23,901 bases of DNA from Candidatus Bathyarchaeota archaeon (GCA_963768425.1 CAVYHV010000002.1:1-23901), one strand, 5' to 3'; shown: positions 11,637 through 21,569, counted from the first letter of the stretch. Numbers and translations are program-made. The notes: generated by a model from the letters alone, not told the origin.

Positions 11637-14600
11637 TTTGATACTCCAATACTGGCTGATTCTCAAATGATGGCTCTTTAGGATTTTTGGGCAATGAAAT
11701 TGTGAAGATTGTCCCCTTGTTTAATGCTGTTTCCACCGTTATGGTACCTCCATGGGCTTCTATGATGCGTTTACATATGGCTAAGCCGAAACCCATTCCT
11801 TGAGCTTTAGTCGTGAACAGCGGCGTGAATAGCTTTGGCAAAATCTCTTCAGGTATACCCTTGCCTGTATCAGCAAAAACGATCTTTACGCAATCTTCTG
11901 TCTGGCACGAGCTGATTTCAAGTGTTCCCTTCTCAGGCATTGCGTCAATTGCGTTCTTAATGAGGTTCACAAAAATTCGCATTATCTTGTCGGCGTCAAC
12001 TTTTATCTGCGTTTCTTCATGGACGTGATTTAGGATTTGTATTCTATCGGGGACCTGAATCATTCGCACTGCCTTGTTCAAAAGTGTTGGGAGCGTGGAT
12101 TCCGTGAGTTCCAGATGCATCTCTCTTGAGTAATCTAGTAGATCGTTGATTATCTTATCTGAATGGTCGATGGCGTTGTCGATGATTTCAAGCATTTCTT
12201 TAGCTTGTGCTTCAGAAATTGCTTTGCCTTTCTTTTTCAAGAAATAAGTAGCATTTCTTATGCCTGCCAATGGATTACGCAAGTCATGCCCAACCATGCC
12301 CGCTAATTCACCTATAGCGGCTAAGCGTTCCGACTTGACAAGCCGCTCATTAGCGTCTTTAAGCTGGGCAGTTCTCAAATCAACCATGAATTTCAAATGT
12401 TCTGAATAGTCGTTTACTTTTCTTTCCAAAACCTTTCGGTGTTCTTCAGCTTTTCTGCGTTCAGTAATATCTTCGAGTTCAGCAACGAAAAGGTTGGGTG
12501 CGCCGTTTTGGTTTCTCACGGCGCTAACCATAATTTTTCCGTCTATCACGGTTCCGTCTTTTCTGATGTATCTTTTCTCAAGCATGAAAGAAGGTATTTT
12601 ACCATTTTCGAGTTCGCGCATTTTTGTGGCACTTTCTTTGAGGTCGTCTGCATGTGTTATGTCTTTGAAGGTTAGCTTTAGGAGTTCATTTTCTGTGTAT
12701 CCCATTATTTTGCAGAAAGCTTCATTAGCGTTTAAAAAGTGTTTGTCAGGTCCTGAAGTAGCAATCCCGATTGGAGAGTTGGCAACTATTGCTCTTGATC
12801 TTTTCTCGCTTTCCTTCAACGCATCTTCCGTTTTTTTGCGATCACTGATGTCAATTACTAAACCTCTCAAACCAACCATCCTGTTATCCACTGTGATCGG
12901 CTTGCTAATGACTATGGTTTGGAAGGTGCTTCCATCTTTTCTGACAAAAGTGTATTCGTTTCCAGTTGACGGCTCGCTTGATAATGTGTTTTCGAAGTGG
13001 GCTTTAGCTTTTTCTTTCTCTTTTTCTTCAACGAGATCAAAGACCCAAACGCCTTTAGCGAAATCTTCTTTTGAATAACCGGTGGTCTTAATTGCAGTCT
13101 GGTTTGCATAAGTCAATTTGCCGCCAGTGTCTGTCTCAAAGACAATTTCCGGTAAAGAATCTGCAAGGTTCCTGTATCTTTCCTCGCTCTTACTCAATGT
13201 CTCCACTGCTTTCTTCCTTTCAGTTATATCTTCACATATTCCAAGAATCTGTTTACCTAAACCGTCAGGGGTGCGAGCAAACAACGTGTCACGGCTGCGC
13301 AACCAGCGCCATTGGCCACTTGAATGTTTCATCCGGTACTCAACATCAAAGGTTACGTTATCCGGCGCGTTTGCGAAGCGAGCATGATGCGCAGCTACAA
13401 CTTGAACGTCATCAGGATGCAGAACGTTGGCAAACAACTCAGAACCCATCAACCTAATTTGTTCGGGCGTATACCCTAAAAAGTCAAGAACCTCTCTATT
13501 GGCGTAAACGTTACAGTTTTCCTGCAGATCATATATGTAAATTAGGTTAGGCGAGCAATCGAGCATTTTTTGAGTTAAATATTGGCTTTCCCGAAGTTTA
13601 TCCTCATTCGCCTTGCGCTCTGTAACATCTAGAATTGATCCTTCCAATATGCCCTTTTGAGGATAAAGCCTAACTGAAGTAAGACACTGTCTTATCATGC
13701 CATGTTTGTTTAGCATATTACATTCAAAATCTTTAACAAATCCATCAGCTTTCAGCAAACGGACCATTTCTTCTCGTTCTATTGGGTTAGCCCAAAGACC
13801 AAGAGAACTTTTACCTTGCATCTCCTCACGAGTTAGACCAAAAATACTCAGATATTTTTCGTTGAAGTCAAGGATTTCAGATCCATCCAACTTACTTCTA
13901 AACATGCCTATTCCGGAGTTATTGAAAATATTCCGATACTTTGCCTCGCTTTCCAGCAGTTCTTTTTCAGCCTTTTTACGTTCGGTGATAGGAACTGCAA
14001 GTTCAAGTGCGGAACTGGTGACTCCATTTTTGTCTTTGAGAGGAGTCACTCTTAACTCTACCCAGGCAGTTTCGCCTTTCAAGTTAACTGCTTCATATTC
14101 GTGAACATCGAGCGGAACGTTTGTCTCAAAAACCTTTTTCACTCCACAATTTGGGCAAATCGAAGTTGATCTGTTAAGAATTTGGTAACATTTTTTGTTT
14201 GTTTCACCCATGATATCCCTGAGAAGTTTGTTAGCCCAAAATATGCTGTAATCTCTGCCGATAATTGCAAGACCTGCGCCAATGCTTTCCCCAACCCTCT
14301 CAAGAACGTCATATTTCTGCTTTAGTTCCGACTGTGACAGAACCAATAATGCCTCATTCTTTTTGATACTTGAAACATCTCTAAGTATGCTCAACGTAAA
14401 ATGTTGATTACCAATTTGAATTAAAGAAACTGAGAGCTGAGCGGGAAACACTTCGCCGTTTTTTCTTTTGCCAAGTAATTCAAAGCTTCTTATTTTTCCT
14501 TCTGATCTGAGCTTGGTCACCAACTTTTCCCTTTCAGAAGGTTCCGCCCATAAGCCAAGCTCCAGCGAAGTTTTGCCAATGATTTCTTGCTTTGTGTAGC

Positions 14601-15207
14601 CAAACATCTCCGATAACCCATCATTAACCTCAATGAACCTGCCTTCGTTTAAAGTACAAATGTATAAAGCATCAGGAGCTGTTGCGAACACTTGTCTAAA
14701 TTTCGCTTCACTTTCAGTTTGCTTTAGCTCCGCTTGTTTACGCATCAAAATCTGCTTTGTAAGGTGAAAAAGTTCTCCGTAGACTGTTTCGGGGTTGCCT
14801 TGTTTGTTGACGTATCCGTCTGCACCAAGATTTAATGCCTTTATAGCTACTTCTTCCCTGCCTTTCCCTGTAAACAAGATAAAGGGGATTCCATGATTCT
14901 TTTTGCGTAACTCTTCTAGGAACTGGAGTCCATTTTTTTGGGGCATTTCATAATCTGAAATGATTAGATCATATTTTCCAGTTGCTATTTTCTTGAAGGC
15001 TTCATCAACACAACGGGCATGGTCAAAATCAAACCTGTCATCCATATCCACTAGAATCTGCTTTGAAACCTCAAAGATAGAAGAGTCATCGTCAACAAGT
15101 AAAACTCGAACAGTACCTTTTTGGTCCGAAGCGGCTAAATCAGGGACTCCTATGACAATTCCTTTCTGATCGAGGGCTTGTATAAGCCATACCCCATAGT
15201 CGAACAA
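11626..15207 (-). CDS. Hybrid REC-6xPAS-histidine kinase
   Basis: Receiver (LLVDDD, ISDYEMP, FTGKG, YVNK), six PAS/PAC units, GHDLRNPL, NLIKNAIDA, DTGKGI, GMGFGL; exact start codon uncertain. Confidence 0.94.
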   Translation of the reverse strand: MFDYGVWLIQALDQKGIVIGVPDLAASDQKGTVRVLLVDDDSSIFEVSKQILVDMDDRFDFDHARCVDEAFKKIATGKYDLIISDYEMPQKNGLQFLEELRKKNHGIPFILFTGKGREEVAIKALNLGADGYVNKQGNPETVYGELFHLTKQILMRKQAELKQTESEAKFRQVFATAPDALYICTLNEGRFIEVNDGLSEMFGYTKQEIIGKTSLELGLWAEPSEREKLVTKLRSEGKIRSFELLGKRKNGEVFPAQLSVSLIQIGNQHFTLSILRDVSSIKKNEALLVLSQSELKQKYDVLERVGESIGAGLAIIGRDYSIFWANKLLRDIMGETNKKCYQILNRSTSICPNCGVKKVFETNVPLDVHEYEAVNLKGETAWVELRVTPLKDKNGVTSSALELAVPITERKKAEKELLESEAKYRNIFNNSGIGMFRSKLDGSEILDFNEKYLSIFGLTREEMQGKSSLGLWANPIEREEMVRLLKADGFVKDFECNMLNKHGMIRQCLTSVRLYPQKGILEGSILDVTERKANEDKLRESQYLTQKMLDCSPNLIYIYDLQENCNVYANREVLDFLGYTPEQIRLMGSELFANVLHPDDVQVVAAHHARFANAPDNVTFDVEYRMKHSSGQWRWLRSRDTLFARTPDGLGKQILGICEDITERKKAVETLSKSEERYRNLADSLPEIVFETDTGGKLTYANQTAIKTTGYSKEDFAKGVWVFDLVEEKEKEKAKAHFENTLSSEPSTGNEYTFVRKDGSTFQTIVISKPITVDNRMVGLRGLVIDISDRKKTEDALKESEKRSRAIVANSPIGIATSGPDKHFLNANEAFCKIMGYTENELLKLTFKDITHADDLKESATKMRELENGKIPSFMLEKRYIRKDGTVIDGKIMVSAVRNQNGAPNLFVAELEDITERRKAEEHRKVLERKVNDYSEHLKFMVDLRTAQLKDANERLVKSERLAAIGELAGMVGHDLRNPLAGIRNATYFLKKKGKAISEAQAKEMLEIIDNAIDHSDKIINDLLDYSREMHLELTESTLPTLLNKAVRMIQVPDRIQILNHVHEETQIKVDADKIMRIFVNLIKNAIDAMPEKGTLEISSCQTEDCVKIVFADTGKGIPEEILPKLFTPLFTTKAQGMGFGLAICKRIIEAHGGTITVETALNKGTIFTISLPKNPKEPSFENQPVLEYQNAN

Positions 15208-15291
15208 TGAATTATTGGGTTTGGTTATAATTGAGTTATGAATTCAGAATACAGAACATGGTCCGTTCCGCCAGAGGCGGTGTTGAAAAGC

Positions 15292-15313
15292 GTGGGGCTG
15301 CGCACCAGTTTAC
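15292..15313 (-). repeat. Short degenerate repeat copy fused to tRNA-Pro-like 3' fragment
   Basis: Minus strand GTAAACTGGTGC (11/12 to repeat core GTAAATTGGTGC) directly followed by GCAGCCCCAC (10/10 to the tRNA end at 23891-23900); intergenic. Confidence 0.45.
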
Positions 15314-15666
15314 TTTTATGAATGAAGAGGCTTAGGAATCTTTATATTATTGTTTATCGATACATAATACTCAATATATGTCCGAAAAAGGACATATTGT
15401 ACACACGCAGAACAGCAAAACTGTTCAACAGATAAACACATGGAAAAAAATGGCCGGAGGAATAAAACTTCTCAAACCAAAAGAACATTAAAGATTCATT
15501 ATCCACGCCCGCAACCTCAATCAATGAGCCAGTCTTAATAGACGCAGGAATCTCGGATTCCCAGAAAACCCAAAACACAGACGCAGATAGCGTAAAAGAC
15601 TCACAACCCGATAAAATTTTAGCGCAAAAGTTTGACGAATATTTAACCGAGGCAATTGACGAGGCA

Positions 15667-16008
15667 TTGACATCCCTGGGAGCTTCTGTCAGAAACACCA
15701 TATATTTTCAGTTAGAGAGCAACTTTAACATGCCAAAAAATGAAATTCCTAATCAAATCAATAAATTCAGTGATATTATTCATAAGATTTTTGGGTTAGG
15801 TGCCTGTCGTCTTGAAATTAAGTTTATGAAAAATCTTTACTCGAAAATAAAGATGAATATTGAATTGAGTGATTATGAATGGCCTTTATCAAAGTGGATA
15901 ATAAACAACGTTTCTTTTAGTGAGTACGTCTGTAAGGCACGCGAAAATTATTGTTACCCGCAGGAAAAATGTAGGGAGAACCGATCAAGTAAAAATGATT
16001 TCAGATAA
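15667..16008 (+). CDS. NitrOD1/DUF3227-like small signalling-associated protein (true 5' end lies upstream; frame open from 15466)
   Basis: In-frame upstream extension reads KFDEYLTEAIDEALTSLGASVRNTIYFQLE...IFGLGACRLE, typical of this family found next to archaeal two-component genes. Confidence 0.7.
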   Translation: MTSLGASVRNTIYFQLESNFNMPKNEIPNQINKFSDIIHKIFGLGACRLEIKFMKNLYSKIKMNIELSDYEWPLSKWIINNVSFSEYVCKARENYCYPQEKCRENRSSKNDFR

Positions 16009-16067
16009 TTGTTTAATTGGACGTGGCATGCAGTGGATTGTGAGAAAAAAGCATGAGGTGAATAAGG

Positions 16068-16562
16068 TTGGATGAGAATGTTAGAATCTTAATCGTCGAT
16101 GATGACGAAAACATTAGAAGAACAATGCAAACCATATTTGAGAATGAAGGTTACGTTGTTGATTTGGCAACAACTGGAAATGAAGCCATCGAGCTGACGA
16201 GGGAAAGGACTTACAACATTGCACTTTTAGATATTCGGTTGCCAGACATAGAAGGTGTAGAATTACTTAATTTGATAAAAGATAATGTTCCGAAGACCCG
16301 CAAAATTATGGTTACCGGATACCCATCGATGCAAAACGCCATATCGTCCTTAAATAAAAACGCAGACGCATATTTGATAAAGCCCGTTGGGATTGAGAGC
16401 CTGCTTAGCACCGTAAAAGAGCAGCTACGATTACAGAAAGAAGAAAAGAAGTTCACTGAACAAAAAGTAGCCGAATTCATTGAAATAAGAACCCGAAGAA
16501 ACCATCTCCTAAATGAAGTCAACGAGAGAAATAGAAAGCGAACGCAGAAAATAGGAAATTAG
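16068..16562 (+). CDS. Stand-alone response regulator (receiver + short helical tail)
   Basis: ILIVDDD, LLDIRLP (phospho-Asp), MVTG, YLIKP; GAGGTGA RBS before TTG. Confidence 0.95.
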   Translation: MDENVRILIVDDDENIRRTMQTIFENEGYVVDLATTGNEAIELTRERTYNIALLDIRLPDIEGVELLNLIKDNVPKTRKIMVTGYPSMQNAISSLNKNADAYLIKPVGIESLLSTVKEQLRLQKEEKKFTEQKVAEFIEIRTRRNHLLNEVNERNRKRTQKIGN

Positions 16563-16568
16563 CCAGCC

Positions 16569-16584
16569 AATCGCTCGAGCGATT
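16569..16584. other. Perfect 16-bp palindrome between convergent genes
   Basis: AATCGCTCGAGCGATT is its own reverse complement. Confidence 0.6.
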
Positions 16585-16644
16585 ATCGCAGAGCTTATTT
16601 TCGGTTCAAATTCATCTTCTCTGAACATTCTCTTTGTCTTGGCT

Positions 16645-17571
16645 TCATCGCTGTTTTCCAAAGAACTTTAACCGATTCAATATTAAGGGAATGAGGGTCT
16701 CCACAACAACAAACGCGATGGTAGCGTAAGCGATTCCGCCTAAAACGTCCGTAAAGTAATGTTCCCCTAGATAAACCGCACTGAACCAAGTTCCAACTGG
16801 AAGAACCAGTACAGGAAGAGCCTTTCGTTTCCAAATTTTGAGGGCAAAAAGAAAGACCAGCCAAGGCAGAGCAGAGTGAAGGCTGGGAAACGCCGCATAC
16901 AAGTTCGGTCCCATAAAGTCATAAAGGGTTTTGTAAGCTGGTACTCCCAGGCTTTTGTCCACTGAGGACGAAAGAATGCGGGTGAGACCCTGGTTAGTTA
17001 ACGCTGTGTTGAGCCATGGTGGAGCAACGGGATAAGCGAGAAAAGTGACTAGTGAACTGTAAACTAACACTGCTAACGAAACGGTGTACTTCCAGAATTC
17101 TTTGCGATACTTCAGCCAGAAAACAAAGCCGAAGGCTGTTGGAACAAAAAAATAAATTGTGTAAAAAAAGGCGCCTGTAAAATTCAGGATTGGTGTTCTC
17201 AAATAATGTTGCAGAACCAAGTTGGGGTCGTTTCCACCGAAAAGGGCAATATCAACGTTATACGGTCCATAGTGAATGTTAAATTTAGAGACAGTTCCCA
17301 CAAGCCCGTTAAGGGTTTCATATGACACAAATACCAAGAGAAAGGGAATCCAATCTTTAAGGAACTGCCAAGTTTTCTTGCTGTAGACCGCGTAAATTGA
17401 CAGGATCAAAATTGCATATTCTGGACCAGGGATTATGTCGTTGGTAAGGTAAAGGACACCTATTATTGTTACGAAGATTGCTAAGAAAAAAGCGACATAT
17501 AGCATAGAATGATTGTTGGGTGATTTAGACTTCGCGTTTTGCTCTTGCAATTCCTGTTTGGTTTGAGCCAT
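16645..17571 (-). CDS. PAP2-superfamily membrane phosphoesterase (Aur1/inositol-phosphorylceramide synthase-like, PAP2_3)
   Basis: Multiple TM helices; YPVAPPW, AAFPSLH, HYFTD motifs. Confidence 0.88.
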   Translation of the reverse strand: MAQTKQELQEQNAKSKSPNNHSMLYVAFFLAIFVTIIGVLYLTNDIIPGPEYAILILSIYAVYSKKTWQFLKDWIPFLLVFVSYETLNGLVGTVSKFNIHYGPYNVDIALFGGNDPNLVLQHYLRTPILNFTGAFFYTIYFFVPTAFGFVFWLKYRKEFWKYTVSLAVLVYSSLVTFLAYPVAPPWLNTALTNQGLTRILSSSVDKSLGVPAYKTLYDFMGPNLYAAFPSLHSALPWLVFLFALKIWKRKALPVLVLPVGTWFSAVYLGEHYFTDVLGGIAYATIAFVVVETLIPLILNRLKFFGKQR

Positions 17572-17874
17572 GATGGGTACCTAAATGTTTATCGAATAAG
17601 TTGGTGCTACCTTTTAATGCTTAATCGACGTATCAATCTTGCGCAAGAACCTAAAAGGGTCTATCTTGCTAATTCTTGGGGAACTTTTGTTGTTGAAATA
17701 AAGAAGCTATCGTAATTCATGTTTTCTTCGTTGACTGCTCCGTTCTTTCAGAATTAGACTTTTCAATCTCTAAATGTGCATTTGATGGCTAGTTGAAAAT
17801 CTTAATGGAAAACTTCTATTCGATAATTCATCTATACTCAATAGCAATATTTGAGATATTTCTGAATGCCGTGC

Positions 17875-18303
17875 TCAGAATGCTCCGGTTGAGTTAGGCA
17901 TGTTTGGAAGTATTTGCTGCGTAATGTCCCAGTACTCAACGATTTTGTCGTCTTCAAAGCGAAATAGGTGTACCTGTCTTAAACCGCCCTCGCCTGGTTT
18001 AGACTTTGAACTTAGAAGTTGAGTATGAACGGCAACGAAGTCCCCGTCCGCGAGGACATTCTTGACGGCAAACTCGGCCTCAGGATACTTAGATACTCCT
18101 TCCGTGTTAGCGGCGTTCATCGCGTCAGTGAGGGCATCCATGTTGCCAGCTATAAAGGGGTTATGGGTCTTACAACCAGGCGAAAAGAAACGTAGTCCAT
18201 CTTTGAATTTTCCTTGACCGACCAATCGAAAGTATTCCGTTGCTATATTCTTACGTTCAACCTCTTTCTTTCTCATATTCTCTGATTTCATTGGTTGTTG
18301 CAT
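17875..18303 (-). CDS. SnoaL-like / NTF2-fold protein
   Basis: HNP, ADGDFVAVH, FRFEDDKIVEYWD motifs. Confidence 0.88.
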   Translation of the reverse strand: MQQPMKSENMRKKEVERKNIATEYFRLVGQGKFKDGLRFFSPGCKTHNPFIAGNMDALTDAMNAANTEGVSKYPEAEFAVKNVLADGDFVAVHTQLLSSKSKPGEGGLRQVHLFRFEDDKIVEYWDITQQILPNMPNSTGAF

Positions 18304-18824
18304 AAAATCACACGACCTAAAACAAGCTATTTGAAAGAAGCCATATGACTCATAATAAGGTTTTTCTGTGGTGGAAGTTTTAGGATATTTTACTTATCCT
18401 GAGTTCATAATATTCATATTCTTAGTGGAGCCAAAAGGAACATTGATGTATAATGGCTCACTGCCCTTGCTGCGGAAAAACAATTGACAAACCTTCAAGC
18501 GAACTGAAAAACTGCAGTTTTATTATTCAAGCCTATTATTGTGGAAAATGCCATCATAACTTCAAAATCACAATTAATCAATCAATGTTCGTGAACGGTG
18601 TCCAAAAATAGTCACGGTTCTTTTGCATGCTCGTAGGTACCTCAGGTCAGTTTACATTTTCGGCAAAGTGCTCACATGTTCGACATTACATAAGTATAGT
18701 CTATTAATACACAATATACTTAAGTAACTTGACCTTGAAAAATAACAGAAAACTCGCCCAAACATACATTCACAGTCCAAAATACGCGAACAACAATTAA
18801 GAAAACCTTGAAAAGGGAAGAAAA

Positions 18825-20966
18825 ATGTTGAGAAAAACGAAAACATTAACCATAGCACTCTTGATAACAATTTCATTACTCATAACAATAAGCCAAAATT
18901 GCAGTCACGCTTCAACAAATGCGCCATCTAGCCTAAAAATCTACGTCGGCCCTTCAAGCGTACTTGCCGACAACAATTCCTACACTTGCATTTTTGTTCA
19001 GCTTCTCGATCCCAGTGGAAATCCAGCAAGGGCTATACAAGATACACCCATAGGTCTGTCATCTTCTCTCACTAACATTGGAACAGTTCAACCGTCAACA
19101 ACAATACCCAAAGGAGCAACTTTTGTCTCGACAGATTTCCACTCAACATTCAGCCCAGGCACAACAACAATAGCAGCCACAGCGACAGGATTTGCAACCG
19201 TGCAATCATCCATAACAACGGTGGGACCAATTCCCAGCGCAGTAGCGGTTTATGGGTTCCCATCAACTTTGCCCGCCAATGGTAAGTCTTATAATGCTAT
19301 ATTGGTTCAACTGCAAGATTCAAGCGGTTCGCCAGCAAAAGCGCCCATAGGAGGAGTTCAAGTTACGTTATTATGCTCCAACGTTGTCAACGTTGGATCA
19401 GTTACGCCCAATGTCGTTATTCCCGAAGGAATGACGTATGCAACTGCTGATTTTACGACTGTACCAAATTTTACAAAAATTCAAACAGCGATTGTCACAA
19501 GTGTTGCTCAAGGATATAAGTCCGAACAACTAACAATCACAACAACACCTGTTTCAACAAATCCTACTCAAGTCAAAATCTTTCCAGGACCGACGAATGT
19601 TCCTGCTGACGAAAACTCATACCCACAAATTGCCCTTGAACTCCAGAACGCAACAGGTTTTGTCTCAGTAAATCCATCGGACACCAATATTACAGTAGGA
19701 TCAACAGATCCAACCATAGGTCAAGTTAACTCTCAAAATACGATTCTAGCTGGTCAAACCTATTCAATAGAAACTCTCAACACGACATACAAGGCGGGCA
19801 CTACAACAATAACCGCGGTAGGGACAGATCTGTCGAGAAGCCAACAAGCAATAACTACAACAGGCTTTACGCCATCAAAATTAGCTGTTTTTTGCGTCCC
19901 ATCAATGTTGCCATCAGATAACGCGACATACAGTACAATCATGGTACAACTTCAAGACTCTCAAGGAGATCCTGCAAAAAATCCAACAGCAGATGTAAGT
20001 GTAAACTTGTTTTCGTCACAGCCAACTGTGGGAAGCGTAACTTCCACTTTAATAATTCCCTTCGGTCAAACACAGGCCGCAGGAACCGTTAGCGTGACAA
20101 ATTCGCCTGGTTCAACTTCAATCACTGCCCAAGCTTCTAGCTATACAACTGGTCAAGCCACTATGACAACGTACTTCATAGATTTCTTGCCTCTTCAGAT
20201 TAAATTAACGCCGGACTCGCAGACCCTCAATAATGGAGCCGAAACAAACATAACTGCATACATTACAGCTAATGGCGCTGCAATAACAGGCGCTGCAATT
20301 CAGTTCGCATCAGATAGCGGAGGAACATTCACAACAACCAAAGAAGTTGGAAATGGATACTATAACACAATCTTTACCGCCGCCAGCTTCACAAAAACAA
20401 CAACCTGCACAATTACAGCCACCGCCTCAAAAACGGGATACCTAAACTCGCAAACAACAACCCAGATAACTATCCAACCCGCAAATACCACCACAACTTC
20501 AAATTCAACCACCAGTCCAACCGCAACTTCGAATCCGACCCAAAACTCAAATTCAAACTCAAACGGGCGAACGACAATACAATTTCTCTTCAAAGATAGC
20601 CAAGGAAACGCTCTGAGTGGAGTAAGTGTCTCGTCAACAATCCAACCGGAAGGAGCAGAAACCCTCTCTGGCACAACCAACTCAACCGGCTACGTAGTCT
20701 TCCAAAATGTCACTGTTGGAAACTACACGTTTAGAATAGTTAAAGCCGGATACGATCAAACTATCAAGCATTTTGACATGAAAGGCCAGCCAGTAGCGGT
20801 CACATTGACCCTTTCAAGCAATGTCTCAAGTTCAACAAAAAGCAATAGCTCTTTTTCAACAATCTTAATCGTAGTTGTTGTAATCCTTGTAGCTGTGATT
20901 GCAGTAGTTTTGATAATGAAACGTAGAGGATCGAATCCCTCGGACGAACCGACTTCAAGTTTTTAG
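18825..20966 (+). CDS. Secreted membrane-anchored protein with tandem invasin/Big_1-like Ig repeats and a carboxypeptidase-regulatory-like domain
   Basis: Signal peptide, four ~100-aa repeats (P.xL/V.xxPxxL/VPAD/N..SY..I.VQLQD..G.P), S/T/N-rich linker, TNSTGYVVF..V..GNYT, C-terminal TM + KRR. Confidence 0.85.
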   Translation: MLRKTKTLTIALLITISLLITISQNCSHASTNAPSSLKIYVGPSSVLADNNSYTCIFVQLLDPSGNPARAIQDTPIGLSSSLTNIGTVQPSTTIPKGATFVSTDFHSTFSPGTTTIAATATGFATVQSSITTVGPIPSAVAVYGFPSTLPANGKSYNAILVQLQDSSGSPAKAPIGGVQVTLLCSNVVNVGSVTPNVVIPEGMTYATADFTTVPNFTKIQTAIVTSVAQGYKSEQLTITTTPVSTNPTQVKIFPGPTNVPADENSYPQIALELQNATGFVSVNPSDTNITVGSTDPTIGQVNSQNTILAGQTYSIETLNTTYKAGTTTITAVGTDLSRSQQAITTTGFTPSKLAVFCVPSMLPSDNATYSTIMVQLQDSQGDPAKNPTADVSVNLFSSQPTVGSVTSTLIIPFGQTQAAGTVSVTNSPGSTSITAQASSYTTGQATMTTYFIDFLPLQIKLTPDSQTLNNGAETNITAYITANGAAITGAAIQFASDSGGTFTTTKEVGNGYYNTIFTAASFTKTTTCTITATASKTGYLNSQTTTQITIQPANTTTTSNSTTSPTATSNPTQNSNSNSNGRTTIQFLFKDSQGNALSGVSVSSTIQPEGAETLSGTTNSTGYVVFQNVTVGNYTFRIVKAGYDQTIKHFDMKGQPVAVTLTLSSNVSSSTKSNSSFSTILIVVVVILVAVIAVVLIMKRRGSNPSDEPTSSF

Positions 20967-21071
20967 CAAAAATCGATGAAGCAGAAGCCACTTGCCTCAT
21001 GGCGCCTTAATGAAATATCATGCACATTTTTTCAAACACGTTTTATTAACTCCAAGAGAAGTTAAGTCATT

Positions 21072-21465
21072 GTGAAACACACATTGCAAACTAACTTGCA
21101 TGCTGACCCGAACCATAAACATGAAATAAAGAAAACGCATGTCACATTCGTTGAATACGATGACGTCAACTTCAACAAATTAGCCAAGGACATCAAATAC
21201 TTCGGTGAAGGCAACTCAAAAGAGCGGGTTCTAGAAGTTCGATTTTGAATACTGCCTTGGCTGCAGCCTAAGATTACTTGACGGTAAACCAATAATGACT
21301 AGAGATATTCTGGAGAACGAATTCGAAAGATTAGTGAGAAAAGCAAAAAACAACAAATACGTCAGCTCTGAACAAACAACAATACAGCATTCAGATTTTG
21401 AAACATTAGAGCGATTAATCAATAGCGCTTTAGAATTTGGCAAACTAAACGAAACCAAAACTTGA
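21072..21465 (+). pseudogene. Two short overlapping frames (21072-21248, 58 aa; 21295-21465, 56 aa), possibly one frameshifted hypothetical gene
   Basis: First frame ends ..KERVLEVRF*; an overlapping frame reads KFDFEYCLGCSLRLLDGKPIMTRDILENEF..; no family recognised. Confidence 0.3.
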
Positions 21466-21569
21466 ATTTACTCCAGTTACCAAATCGTTTATTTTGATTA
21501 CTGAATACAGCGAGACACATCAGCTTGAGAAAACTCAAAAAGGTTTTTTCTTAAAAATGCCGAAGTTAT

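Noticed and set aside
11637-11666. Longer start (MRISQYWSIK) for the 4xPAS kinase
   Set aside because: Lies within the upstream kinase CDS; ATG 11636 gives a typical short coupling overlap
15354-15701. 115-aa minus-strand ORF
   Set aside because: Antisense to the open upstream extension of the NitrOD1-like gene
17597-17609. TAAGTTGGTGCTA resembling the repeat core
   Set aside because: 12/13 match only, with no TTTTACTG head or tRNA tail; sits in the PAP2 gene leader and is likely chance
18424-18462. Imperfect hairpin AGTGGAGCCA...TGGCTCACT in a 520-nt intergenic gap
   Set aside because: Single weak stem with no riboswitch or ncRNA signature recognised
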